DNA from: Eutreptiella sp. 'Long Island Sound 2002'
Taxonomy: Eukaryota; Protista; Euglenida
Length of the DNA stretch: 64,000 nucleotides
Reading direction: 5' to 3'
Assembly: GCA_964036045.1 (NCBI GenBank)
Contig: OZ038378.1
Span: forward strand, 146,010,001-146,074,000
Of the stretch, positions 1 through 11,904 are shown one piece after another; within the stretch, counting starts at the first letter, position 1; each line of letters opens with the position of its first letter. The notes beneath the pieces are model-generated. The model searched no databases and was not told the DNA's origin. It saw only the letters and a program-made list of their open reading frames with translations. Both the position numbers and the translations under genes were made by a program.

Positions 1-1334
1 AATGTTATGAGTATTCGTGGATCCGAATACGTTCACCATGGAGCTTTTCAAACTGCGGGATGTGTGTGGGTATTAGAATATTGTCCAACCTAACCAAGCC
101 TGTGGTACTTCTATGTCGTCAGTGTTATTTATGCTTTCCCGAATGATTGTACCGCATAACAGCAGCAACTACGGACGCATCATTGTGTTCCCCTGATTTC
201 TTGCGAGGTGTTCAGTTTTGATTATTTGGGTCGTCGTATGAATATATACATGTATATTCTTTTTCCCCTGGCTGCAACCAAATTCCCCGTCCGTCCACTA
301 GGTGATCCGCACCCTGCGCTCTGCGCAGTCCCGTGTGGCCAATGATGAAAGCGCCAATGATAAAACCGCCAAATCAGTGCAATGCAATTTGTATCTAATG
401 CTGGACTGTGGTTTTCCGAATTAACATGATAGGTCAATGAAATCAGTTATTCGTTTCCAACAATGCCGCGCACCAATTGTAATTTTCGTTTTTTTCTCGT
501 TCCCAGCCGATGCTGATGTATGTAAACTGGTTGCAGGCAAGGTGTAAGGCTGCCATGGTGCCTGCAATGGCTTGTGCAGCACCCCTGCCACTTCATGACT
601 ACTTGACGACCACCGGATGTCCGATCGTCTTCTGTTGTTGAATATTGGTTCGACCATGCTCTGCGCGTTATGCTTCTTCCACAGCAAAATAGAAGACCTA
701 CAGACCTTCAACCACTACTGTGTGCTGGTGGTTCCTGGAACAGTTAGCCTAGTTGGGCAACCGAGAGTTAGATGGACGCATTGGGGTTGTTTGCAATGGC
801 AACCGCCAGGACTGCGACGACTGGACTACCGGACCACTCCAAAACAAGAGACAAAACAACAGCGTCTGTGGTGATACAGCCCTTTCATGAAAGGTTGGCT
901 GTCAGGCCATCTAGGAGGTGGCGCTTTGGGTGTGCGTGTGCCGGGGCAGTCCCAGAAGGAGTGCTCCCGAGGGTTCCCGCGGCGGCGTTCAGGAATGCCC
1001 CGATTCCCGGCAGTTGATTGGTGCTGAGGAGGCCCACACCAGTCGTCCAGCCCACGGTCCTTCCCCGTGGGCAGGGCTGTGCTTAGGGGGCGGGGTGCGG
1101 GCGGGTGCGGGACCCGAAAATTGGTGTACCACAAATCGCCCGGCCAGATCTTCCCGACGGTCTAACCCCCCCCCCCCCTCCCCTGTGTCCAGCGCACAGT
1201 AAAGCCCTCAAAACAGGAGCCTTTGGTGGGCACGCCATTCGGGACCCCATCGGCTCAGTAAAGAGGGGGGGTGTATAAAAGCAGGGCCTGCCACTATCCC
1301 AGTGCACCAAAAAATTCTATTGCCTTCGGCAGTG

Positions 1335-1949
1335 CACCTCGAAGAAAGGTTGACAGTCAGCCAATCAGTCCCTTAGCCAGGCCAGCAGTCAGTCAGACAG
1401 AAACACACAGTTTGGGCTTTTTGTCAGTGGCAGACGCGGCCCCAAGCATTGGGGAGACCTTTCGCCTCAGACCAAGCAGTGGCCGAATGGTAATGCAGCT
1501 GACCGGAGGCTTTTTGGTCGGCGATTCAAACCCCAGTCGGGTGGATACGGCGCCGCCGCCGCCGCCAACAGTCGGCCGACCAGGATTCGAACCGCCAACC
1601 GAAAACTTTGTGTCGGCTGTGTTACCATTCGACCGGCGGTTGTGTGATAGCGATAAGCTTCCCCACTCCATGGAGCCTTCTGAGCGAAAACTTTTGACCC
1701 ACCCCCCCCCCTCCAGCCCCCCCCCGCTCAAAAAATTGATATCCAGTTTTAGGGGATACAGTTTTAGGGGATAGAGGCCTCAGAATCAAAAAATCCATTG
1801 GGGGATGGTCTTATTGGGCAAAATAATGATTTTACAAGGGGTTGGACATCCAATATCATGCCTTGGGGTATGCTACGCGAATGACCCCCCAAAAGGGGGG
1901 TATATGATGCCCGCGCCTGCGCTTGATCTAACAACCTCTCTTCGAGGTG
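1335..1949. mobile_element. Non-autonomous repeat element with 17-bp inverted repeats and internal tRNA-like cassettes; related copy at ~22200-22790
   Basis: CACCTCGAAGAAAGGTT (1335-1351) is inverted at 1933-1949 with 1 mismatch. Blocks such as CAGAAACACACAGTTTGG and AATGATTTTACAAGGGG...CATCCAATATCATGCCTTGGGGTATG recur at 22365-22740. Homology extends left of the inverted repeat, so the true ends are uncertain. Confidence 0.6.
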
Positions 1950-2299
1950 ACTTCCAAACCCCCTGCCATTAACCCCCCCCCCCACCCTTGTTTCTTGCAG
2001 CCTCTGATAGTGATTCCTCCTCTGTTGCTTCAGTCTCTGACTCAGACCCAGACGTTGAACTACTTGCCCGGCCACTATTTGAGTGCACAAAACAGTTTAC
2101 GGAACCACTGCTATTCAATGCCCCCTGCCACTAAACCCCTCCCTGCCATTCTACGCTCCCCCCCCCCTTTACACGAACCCGGTGCCTACTTCATTGGGCC
2201 CCCCAAACAGCGTCAGACAAGGCATTCGGGGGGGCACCGCGGTCCCTTTGGTCTGGGGCCATGATGTCAGGTTTTGCAATCCCTTCATGGCCCTGACGG

Positions 2300-3283
2300 T
2301 GGCCTGGCCAACAGTGCCAACGGTGCCAACCTTCCGGTGCTATTGAGGAAACCGGGACAATCTCTAAATCCACGCTTTGTTGCGTGGCCCCTTGAGTTGG
2401 GGTTAGGGACGGTGCTTTCATGTCTCACACCGAAGGGTGTTCGGAGGTTGCTTGGCGGCAAAGTGTTGCCCGTGTTCGCGAATACCTAAACCATGTTGTT
2501 CAAGAGATTCGATGGGCCGACAGGTTGAATCCTTTCAACCATTGTCCCCATTTTCCATTCTTTGTGACGCATTTCACAGACTCCATGCCCGTCAGTTCCA
2601 TTGGCGGGATATGGAGTGCTGACCTATGGAATCCTAAGTATGTGTCGCACGTTTTCAAGGTGACTGTTGCCGTTGATATGTTGGGCAACATTATATGGAT
2701 TTGCCCATTGGCCCCCGGGACATCAGCAGATGTTTTGATTTGGGATGGGTATGGACCTTCTCGTACCTGAGGTGATTTCTTTGATTTCGAAGTTGGGGGC
2801 CATGATGGTGCTTATAAAGGCCGGATTAATGTCATTGTGCCATTCATTGGAAGAAAGAATGGCACTTTGATAGCCCACCAACAATGTTACAATGACGTGC
2901 ACGGGTGGTATAGGGCACGCATTGAGCAACTGTTTGCTCGGTTGTGGCATTGGGGTTTGGTTAGGAACATCTGGCGTGGCGGCCCCAATGAGTTGCACCA
3001 GTCAGTCCGTATTTTGTTGCATGTTACACAACTTTGCATTCGGAGGCAAGTCCGTCACCCCCCCTACGGACCATGGGAGCATCTCCTGCCTCATGTTTGG
3101 ACTCACCAAAGCAAATCGGCCGCCACGCAAGATGAGGTAGAGGATGAGGCAGAAGTGTGTGTGTTGTGTTGCTAGAAGCGCTCCACCGTCACAGTTTGTG
3201 ATGAGTATAAGAAGCAGTATTGTACTGGATGTATTGATACCCACATGGCCCAATGTGGACCAATGTTGGGGGCTCCTCCATGA
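2300..3283 (+). pseudogene. PIF/Harbinger-like DDE transposase (DDE_Tnp_4-type) remnant with C-terminal Cys-rich domain
   Basis: One frame from 2420 gives THFTDSMPV (D1), WNPKYVSHVFKVTVAVDMLGNIIWICPLAPGTSAD, GHDGAYKG (D2), YNDVHGWYRARIEQLF (E), then CVLCC*KRSTVTVCDEYKKQYCTGCIDTH. In-frame stops at 2768-2770 and 3173-3175; probable frameshift near 2400. The 5' boundary is approximate. Confidence 0.85.
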
Positions 3284-3299
3284 GAGGGTAAAGCTGGGG

Positions 3300-4596
3300 C
3301 TGAAGTCGGGATAGGTAGTAGAAAAGTAGCGCACCGGGCGCACGCCGGGCAAACATTCCCCCCATAAATTGGAAAACAAGCTTGGCCTTTTCGCATCACG
3401 ACAATCCATTGCGCGTGCGAGGCCGACACATCAGTAGGTGCTTGCAAATGCTGATAACCGAGGGTTCTTGTGTCCTAAATACGCTAGAGGTGCCTCACTG
3501 CAAATATCTATTGTTGACTATCCGCCAGTGGGATCTACAGCTCCGGGAACAGTGGGAACAAGGGGTGCTCACCAACTAGTCGCTTTGTTTGAATTAGACA
3601 TCCAGGCCATGTTCCCCTCGCTGGACCGTGCAGATGTATGGAACTCCATTTCCACTATTGCGGAGCTGGTCGCCCAAGCACCAGGACCCAGGGGCTGACC
3701 ACGACGTGGTGTGCTCCACTTTGCAATGAACCGCATTGACCGAAAATTGGATAGAATAGGATCAGGAAGTCCACAGTTGTTCCATAACATTAGTTGAGCC
3801 TCGCCTCAACTTTTGTTTGCACCTCCATACTTAGGCAGTTTTTCTGTCTTCATTCTGTTCTATTGCAGTATTCTTGTGCTCTGCCTTTGCGAACATAGAT
3901 GTCAACCAGGTGCTCCGTTACGTCTACTTTGACTTGTTCTGTAATGATGCATTCGTCTTTTAAAACTGGGTACTACGCCAGAAACGGAGGCTAGCGATCG
4001 GTGGGCCCTGCTCATCACAGCTAGCCAGTGCTAAATGTATGCTGAGCGAGCACATGCATTTCCCCCTGTATCTACGGTTCGCCCCAACAACGCCGGGGCC
4101 TGCACACCCATGCCAATTGCCTGCCAAGCCAGGTCGGTCCCGTGACAACGTAAATGGAGTCACGTATTCAGACACACTGAATGATATGCTCCAGACAACC
4201 TGTGAAGGTATTTACAACCTGGACCTCCAATGGGAGGGAAGGTTTGACCACTGGATCACCCTGCAAGGGGACATGACAGTGGAATCACCGGACCCAACCA
4301 CCCACCCACCATGTATCCGCCTCAAGCTTGCCAACAAAAGCCTGAAAAACACTGCACCCCATCAGTTTCTCATGCGCTATCCCGACGCACATGCTCCGAA
4401 GGCGAAAAACACACTGAAATCACTGGTACCCACGTTAGCCAAGAACTCTGGATATTACAGGGACACGCGGGAAGAGGCACAGAGTAATGTACAACTAGTC
4501 ACAAGCGACTTGGCTGCCAAAGTTTACCCAAACTCAAGGTGGACACCACTCCTACACAAATGCCTGCGGAAATGGGAACTGACACCGTGCACGTAA
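3300..4596 (+). pseudogene. Penelope-like element reverse transcriptase remnant
   Basis: Across frameshifts: FSHHDNPLRVRGRHISRCL, LFELDIQAMFPSL (RT motif A-like), RQKRRLAIGGPCSSQLA (motif B-like), RSRDNVNG (motif C position), then YNLDLQWEG and LMRYPDAHAPKAKNTLKSLV (thumb-like). Several stops; no GIY-YIG endonuclease seen. Confidence 0.7.
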
Positions 4597-4599
4597 CAA

Positions 4600-4960
4600 T
4601 GCGACCATGTATACACAAGCAAATGAATGCATCCCATTTCTTGGTTCTGGTCCATGGCCCATGGCAACCCCTTGTAACCCCGGCTCTTGCTTATTTGCAC
4701 ACGCAGAAAAATAAACCGTTCAAGAGTCTTGGATTTGGTCATGACCACATGCTAGATCCCTTTTTCAGTGTGTGCCACCATGCAAATGCAACGTTGGACG
4801 CTTTTTAGCTTACATGGGGCTTCCATGACACTGAGGCGTGGTGTTTTGTTCGGATAGAGAAGTCTACAACCAGATTCTTGGCTATGGTGCATGGTCCATT
4901 GCTAGGCTCAATGCTAGCCGCTGCTGTGGTGTGCAACTCCTTAAATCCAGCTTTGCTGGG
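4600..4960. repeat. Dispersed repeat, second copy at ~18300-18650
   Basis: Close similarity over ~350 bp, e.g. GCAAATGAATGCATCCCATTTC...CCATGGCCCATGGCAACCCC and CAACCAGATTCTTGGCTATGGTGCATGGTCCA in both places. Confidence 0.85.
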
Positions 4961-5891
4961 CATAGGGAAAGTTGGCTTGTGCGGGGAGGGGGGGGCATTC
5001 GAGCCCCCCAAAGTGGGGGGGGGGGGGTCTGGGAAAGGGGCTCTCGTGACAGTCCAGTCCCAAGAGGCTAGTCTAAAACCTCGAATGATGACTCACCAAC
5101 TGCGCCGCAAAGCGGCCCGGAAGATTTTTTCTTCAAAAAAATTTCCCTCATGATACATACATCAAAATGATGAGTGCATCGTGCGATCTGAAAAGCGAAA
5201 ATTCCACCCGGAAATTTCCCCCAGCCAAAGTCCCCCCCCCCCCCCGAGGGAAGTATTAGAAGGGGGGGGAGGGGGGGGGGCTGGGACCCAAAAGTTTGTG
5301 CACCAAAAATGGCCCGACCAGATTTTTCCGATTGTAAACTTCGTTGGTCCCCTCTACAGTCCCTTTGGTCTGGAGGGGGGGTTGGGGGGGTCCTCCTATG
5401 GCGCACCGCCATTCCAATACCCCCCCCCCCCCCGCGTACAGCAGTAAGGCAGTGCGGCGGGATGCAGCAGCACAACGGGGGAGTGAAAACAACAGGACAT
5501 GGGGGGGAGGGGGCGGGCTATGGGCGACCCGCACACAACCGGAAAGAGTGTGTGTGTGTGCGGGGCAATCAGCGGAACAGCGTCCCCGGGGGCAAAGAGC
5601 GGGGGGGGGGGGGGGGGTGCCGGCCGCACACACACAAATGAGCGGATCGGGGCCGGTGCTGGGGGAGGCAACGGACAACGGGCGTCCCATCCGCAGCACT
5701 GCGAATGGGAAGGAAAAGGGGTGGGTCTGACAAATGCAAACCAGAGGTTACGTACTCTACAGTCAGGCATAAGTGCATCTTTATTCTCTTTGGCAAACGT
5801 CGAGAAAAGGGGGGGGGGGGCAGAGAGACAAAGGGCGTTGCGCCCCCTCCGGAGGGGCAGCGGCGCAGCGCTGGTCAGACACAGGCCCGCC

Positions 5892-6127
5892 TCAGTCCTC
5901 CTCCAACGCCATGTTCAGCTCCGCCAGCCGCTGCAGAGTGTTCTGCTTCAGCTTCAGACTGCCCAACTGGTCCTCCAGGAGCTCATTCTGCACCGCCAAC
6001 CGCTCCTCCTCCGCCCGCAGCGCCTCGAGCCGCATCATGACCTGCAGGAGCTCCGCCTCCGGCGTCTCCTGCGCAGCCGCGGGGCCGTCTTGGGCCTCCT
6101 CCGCACCCCCTGCCTCGGGCCCCGGGC
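5892..6127 (-). CDS. Coiled-coil acidic protein, exon 3 of 3 (terminal)
   Basis: Acceptor CCCGCAG at 6129-6128; phase 1 matches the end of exon 2; encodes ...AELLQVMMRLEALRAEEERLAVQNELLEDQLGSLKLKQNTLQRLAELNMALEED*. GC3-rich heptad-like sequence. Confidence 0.8.
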
Positions 6128-6264
6128 CTGCGGGTGCAAAGCGTGGCAAGGAATCAGTTGATGACGGGTGCTCCGAAGGCTCAAAAACAAAAACCGCCGG
6201 CCTGTGGTACACCCAAACCTCCGTGCGGCGCTAGCGGGCGGGGCACTGCGGTGCGTCATCGGCC

Positions 6265-6928
6265 AACCGCCGTCGGTTGGGTGTCAAACGCCGTCGGTTG
6301 GGTGTCAAACGCCGTCGGTTGGGTGTCAAACGCCGTCGGTTGGGTGTCAAACGCCGTCGGTTGGGTGTCAAACGCCGTCGGTTGGGTGCCAAACGCCGTC
6401 GGTTGGGTGTCAAACGCCGTCGGTTGGGTGTCAAACGCCGTCGGTTGGGTGTCAAACGCCGTCGGTTGGGTGTCAAACGCCGTCGGTTGGGTGTCAAACG
6501 CCGTCGGTTGGGTGTCAAACGCCGTCGGTTGGGTGTCAAACGCCGTCGGTTGGGTGTCAAACGCCGTCGGTTGGGTGTCAAACGCCGTCGGTTGGGTGTC
6601 AAACGCCGTCGGTTGGGTGCCAAACGCCGTCGGTTGGGTGTCAAACGCCGTCGGTTGGGTGTCAAACGCCGTCGGTTGGGTGTCAAACGCCGTCGGTTGG
6701 GTGTCAAACGCCGTCGGTTGGGTGTCAAACGCCGTCGGTTGGGTGTCAAACGCCGTCGGTTGGGTGTCAAACGCCGTCGGTTGGGTGTCAACCGCCGTCG
6801 GTTGGGTGTCAAACGCCGTCGGTTGGGTGTCAAACGCCGTCGGTTGGGTGTCAAACGCCGTCGGTTGGGTGTCAAACGCCGTCGGTTGGGTGTCAAACGC
6901 CGTCGGTTGGGTGTCAAACGCCGTCGGT
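6265..6928. repeat. 21-bp minisatellite, ~32 near-identical units (AAACGCCGTCGGTTGGGTGTC), intronic
   Basis: Read directly; only a few single-base variants. Lies in intron 6128-8894 of the coiled-coil gene. Confidence 0.97.
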
Positions 6929-8509
6929 CAACGCACCCCTGCCACGCTCAGGCCGTCGTCGGTGCAGAAACAACAACAAATGCCCCGTTCCCAAAGGACA
7001 GCCCTGCACTTCATGGCCACGTTACTCTGAAGGCACGCCGCAGGGCGTGCCAAGGTGCCGCAGGGGAGTCTGTCCCATGCGCTTACTGCAAAGGGCCCCA
7101 ACGCCTGTGACCCTTGTCCCCAGGCCAAAGCTCTGGGGCCCCTTTGGCCGCTCAACTTCAGGGCTCCTGTTGAGAGGGGGGGGGGAGGGGGCAGTGGTGC
7201 TGAATTGTGAAAGGGAGCACTACGATTGGAAATGCACCGTCAAACATGTGCCGAGGAAATGGGGAACGTTTGTGGGCGTACCTCCCCGTCCACGATGCAG
7301 CTCAGTCTCGCCCCACACAAAACAGCACCTTATGCAGGGGTCTGGCTTCTTTTGTGCGATACCCCGCAACGCAGCACGGGGTGTGCGAAAGCCCAGCGAT
7401 GTGTGCCAATTCATGTACCCCCACCCCCCATGGCCGGACATGGTGACCCCTGGCCTGTCATGCATGTGGTGCTGGAGACACTGTCAGCACAAGCAGCACA
7501 CGTAGCAGGACCGCAACAAAGATTGGCTTGGCAAAGGCCAACAACCGACCCAATGCGCCCGTTACAAGTAGGTCTAGTGAGACAGCACCGAGAGGTGACC
7601 GGGGTGCATGGGATGTGAGGCAACAAACTTACGTACGACGGCAATCGTGTGGGCAGAGGGAAGTAGCTCCACCATATGTCTCCGCAAGGCAAGAGAAGGA
7701 CCAACACGAGTACATACAAGAAAAGCAAATGAGAGACCAGAGAGGCGAAGGCCCGGAAGCCCTTGCAAAAGACGCAGCCCTGCTGGAAGTGCTGTGCACG
7801 AAAGTGCCGAGGGCTGTCAAACAAGCACCGTCGTATCGGTGAATTTCGGGGATTTCGTTACGTGCCGCGGATTTTAGTACGCGTTGGGGATTTCTATTAA
7901 GTGTCGGCTTGGGCGCAATAATGTTATGCGTGATGAAGCCATACCACGGCGGGCGGTGCTGTATTGTTACGCGTCTTAAAATCCCATCTTTGAAAGCTCT
8001 GGAAATGCACCCCCCCAACACACACACCCAGACCTTGTGTGGTGTGTGGGAGGCCTGAGGGTCGCAGAGGTTAAGGGTGGGGGTCAAGGACCCTCCACAT
8101 GGCTCCCCTCCAACAGCTCCCCACGAGCCACAGAAACATGTGGTGGTCGATGTGTTGGGGAAGGAAAAGGGAGGCGATGGCTTGGGGTACTGTGTGACAA
8201 CAGTAAGATGGTGGCTGACCCTCCCTCCCCACCAGCCCCGCCCCTTCCGGACCTACGCATTGATGGACGGGGCCGCCAGGCTGAGAGTGCAACTTCGTGG
8301 AGGGCAGAACGATCTACATGGGCCATGGGATGACAGGTATCGAACCCCCGCCCACTGAGCCCCCAAGACCAGGGCTTTAGCGGTTGCGCTAATGCAACGC
8401 TCACCGTCAAAAGTTGCTTCAAAAGTTTGGTCGCGCTCGGGGTAACCGAACTCGCTGGCCCAAATCACTCGCGGGCTCAGGCATTGTTAAGGGCTGAAGT
8501 GAACGCATC

Positions 8510-8765
8510 ACCGGGGGCTTTTTTAATTCAAAAAAATAAAAGAAGCGGGTGTGTCCGGTGGTCAGCAAAAAAATCGGCACCGCTCCAACCGATGGCACTT
8601 AAGGGGTAACCGACGGCGGTTGGAGTGCAACCGACGACGGTTGGAGGGTAACTGACGGCGGTTGGAGGGTAACTGACGGTGGTTGGAGACAAAGTGCTAC
8701 TAGGCCAAGACCAGGCTTTTTGTTAACTACAAAAAAACACTCGTCCCCTTAAAAAACCCCCTGCG
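8510..8765. mobile_element. MITE-like element with 4 units of the 21-bp AACCGACGGCGGTTGGAGGGT-type repeat; sister copy ~26080-26276 with 2 units
   Basis: Shared core AAATCGGCACCGCTCCAACCGATGGCACTTAAGGGGTAACCGACG...GGTTGGAGACAA.GTGCTACTAGGCC; G-rich and C-rich ends loosely inverted (CAGGGG...CCCCTG in the 26-kb copy). Confidence 0.7.
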
Positions 8766-8894
8766 CATCACAGCACCGACTGCAAGAGGGGCACAGCCAG
8801 CAACTCCAATGAGGGTTACCAGTCGGACGTTGTGGAGGCCACCGCCCGTGCCATGGGGCCAGGAACGAGGCGGAGCAGAGGGGGCAGGGGCTAC

Positions 8895-9189
8895 CTGCCT
8901 CCGAGGGCCCCCCCACGTCCTTGTCCATGTCACGGAGGGTGGCCCGCATGATGGCGAGCTGCTGCGTCTGCCTCCGCAGCATCTCCGTGAGGGCGGCGTT
9001 GCTCAGCTCCGGGTCCGTCTCCTCGGTCAACATGTCCGCCTTCAAGTGCCGCAGCTCCGCCTTCATTTTGTGGTTCTGACTGAACAGGCCCTCCAACTCC
9101 CGCGTCAACACGTTCAGCGGCTTGTCCGGGGTCGCGAGCGACTGCCCCCGTCCGGGCGCCAGCAGTGCCATGGCAGCGGATTGGGCGGC
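8895..9189 (-). CDS. Coiled-coil acidic protein, exon 2 of 3
   Basis: Acceptor GTCGCTCAG (9191-9190), donor GCAG|GTAGCC (8894-8893); 295 nt, phase 0 in, phase 1 out; AAQSAAMALLAPG...LTRELEGLFSQNHKMKAELRHLKADML...GPSEA. Confidence 0.8.
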
Positions 9190-9506
9190 CTGAGCGACAA
9201 CACACAGGGGGGGGGGGGGGGCGGGGGATGACCGGGGCCGTGGGAAAAGAGTGGGTGGGCCGCACGATGTGACATAGTGCGGGGGATTCAGGCGGACGTT
9301 GTGGTGCGCTGTGCCGACGTACTACGACGCCTCATCCCCCGAGGGCGCGACTTCTCGGGGGTTGGGTGCCTTCAGCTGCCCGTGTGTCTACACACGCTGA
9401 GGGGGCCCGCCGGAGCGGGGGGGGGGGCGGGGGGAGGGAGAGGGGGAGGGAGAGAGGGAGAGGGAGCGGAAAGGGGAGGGGGAGAGGGAGGGGGGGGGGG
9501 GCAAAC

Positions 9507-10112
9507 CTGGTCGTCATCAGGGCCCTTACCTTTGACCTGAGCATTCTCCTCATCCCCCTGCCCCTCCTCCTCCTCCTCCTCCTCCTCCTCCTCCTCCTCC
9601 TCTTCTCCCTCACCCTCACCCTCACCCTCCTGCTGCGTCAGCACGTCTTGACTCAGCGTCAGCAATTCCTTGCGCAGCATCGCCAGCAGGTCGGAGTTCA
9701 TGCCGGCCATGCTCACGCTGGTGTCGTACTCCTGCGCCATCTCCTCCGTGTCCTTCACCTCCGGGCGCGCCTGCCCCCGGCCCACGTTGTTGATCAGCGC
9801 CATGATGCTCTCCTCCAGCTGGTCCAGCTTGTCCAGGTGCTGCTGCTGCTGCGCCGCGTTGTCCTCCTCGTTCTGCGCGATCCGCTCCAGCAGGTCCCGG
9901 TTCCCGTCGCGCATGCGCGCGGTCTGCGCCTCCAGCCCCCGCTCCATCTCGTTGATGCTCTGCCAAATGGGATGGCTCATGATCTCGGCCTCGATGTCCC
10001 CGGCCGCGGGGACCGCGGCCTCCTCCGGGTCAGAGCCCGCCGCTGGGTCCGTGGGCGGAGCCTCGGGGTCTTGTGCATCGGTCCCCTCGGGATGGGGGAT
10101 GCCATTCTGCAT
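9507..10112 (-). CDS. Coiled-coil acidic protein, exon 1 of 3 (spliced product 378 aa)
   Basis: ATG at 10112 lies 10 nt after an AG acceptor (10124-10123), either a trans-splice site or a sign of an unseen upstream exon. Donor CAG|GTTTG at 9506-9505 keeps phase 0. Exon total 606+295+236=1137 nt, divisible by 3. Poly-E tract. No family recognised. Confidence 0.75.
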
Positions 10113-10359
10113 AGCACACGGCCTGCGGAAGTGACAGGTCGTCAGGGGCCAGGCGCGGGTTCTGCCTCTGTTGCAGATCTCACAGAGCCCAACGGGGGTG
10201 CGGATACGAGGGGCGGGGGCCTAAACCCCCCACCCCCTACCCCCCCTCAACAAATGGTCCCTGGGTCACCGGGATCGCATTGAGCACACGGTGACAAGCA
10301 TCCCCACAACCGGACACACCCATCCCCGCAGGGCAGTGTGAAGGTGAGGCAACATAATA

Positions 10360-10764
10360 CCCCCCCCCCCCTTGTATAAGCTACGCCAATGTCCCAAATT
10401 AATACGGTCCCTACGCCTACTGTAGCTTGGACACGGGCGTAGCTTGCGCGCCACACATACAACTACCAACACCGGGCGCCCAGTGTCAAAAAGAGAGGAT
10501 TGCATGGTGAGCTGGAGCAAGAAAGGGGAATGTAATGCACAAACATCCCCAAAATCAGAGCTATGTGGGTTCAAGTGGGCAAACACTCACAACAAATGTG
10601 TCCATGACTCTATGTAGCCCGCACATTTGTCACCAAACCCATGTCTTATGTGGCTGCACTACGTTTGGTACCGCATTAAAATTAGGTCCCAAATGAATAC
10701 GGTCCCTACGCCTACTGTAGCTTGGACAAGGGCGTAGCTTATACAAGGGCGGGGGGGGGGGGGG
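10360..10764. mobile_element. MITE with TA flanks (Tc1/mariner-like target), copy 1
   Basis: Perfect 19-bp TIR CCCTTGTATAAGCTACGCC (10369-10387 and 10731-10749), extended by poly-C/poly-G runs; TA at 10358-59 and 10765-66. Confidence 0.85.
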
Positions 10765-11904
10765 TAGTGGCAGCAAAACCAGAAATGCCCGCACTGAGTG
10801 CACTGACTGCAAGGCCCATACCTCCCGAGGGATGCTGTTGTGCCGATGCTGTTGTCGAGCGAGTGCTCGAGCTTTGCTGCGGCGCCGCAGCCTCGTGTGG
10901 TGACAACCATCGGCTGCGCCAGGCTTTGGGGGGAGCGTCCGCACCGCGCGCGCACCGTGTCCGCGGCCCCCCCTCGGGGCGTGGGGGTAATGAACAATTC
11001 TGCGTCACAGAAGGCAATGCAGCGCAAAGAAGGCCAGTTGCCGCTCACGTCCTCTTGATGTTCCTCAGGGGCCGTGGCCTCCCGGGTAGAGGCCTTGGAA
11101 AGAGTAGACCACACCCCAGCGCTGGTCGCCCTCCCTTTGAAGGGGAAGCGACCGGGATGACTAAATATTTCTCAGACCATTCGCCCGGCGCGTCGAGTCT
11201 GTACCTACGTGTCACAGTTTCTCAACAACAAAAAAGGTTGCTTAAGAGGGTCTTCTTGGGCTCCAGGGGTGGAGATGAGGACGGGTATTTGTTTTGGTCC
11301 GGGTCCAGGGGTAGGGGAACCCAACCCCCGGGTGCCGCACTGTTGGGTCGGGATCGCTTTGCAACACCAGCAGCTGTCCCGCGTTCCTTCCTTTACCACC
11401 GCAGCAGTGAATGTTCCTGCTCATCATCAAGGCAGACCTCTGTTCACAGGCTTTGAATGGCCCGACTGCCAGTCCGAACGGGGTATCACATTGGACTGGA
11501 CTCTGCCACGTGCATTCGTTGGCAGGTGCGCTGCCCGTTCACACCCGCCGTACCAACAGCACACCCTCCTGCTCTTAGACGCCATGTGGTCAGCGCCCTT
11601 GGGCTGGAACACTCAGCCATCTTCCACCCCCTCACTCTCCGAAGACGACTGTGAGGTGCAGGTGCATCCAGACAGTTCAGAAGTGATAGGCACTGCGATG
11701 CGCATCATACCCGGGGGGATCAGGAATGTGCCGTATTTGCAATGGCGAAGTTTGGCACCAATTCTTATATACCACTGCCAAATTTGGTAAAAAATATCCC
11801 GGATCGTGGCACAAGAACAAGCCAACACCGCGAACGTTGGCTTCAGGATGGTTGCTGTTTGCCATGACACTTCTCATCATGGTGTCTTAGTACCCCTCCC
11901 TGTC

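Noticed and set aside
6134-7505. Long ORFs (VGWVSNA)n, (TPNRRRL)n, (LGVKRRR)n, and a CRISPR-like look
   Set aside because: A stop-free 21-bp tandem unit inside an intron; no unique spacers and no cas genes.
9528-9529. Stronger-looking donor AAG|GTAAG for coiled-coil exon 1
   Set aside because: It gives phase 1, incompatible with the phase-0 acceptor at 9190; the donor at 9506 was used.
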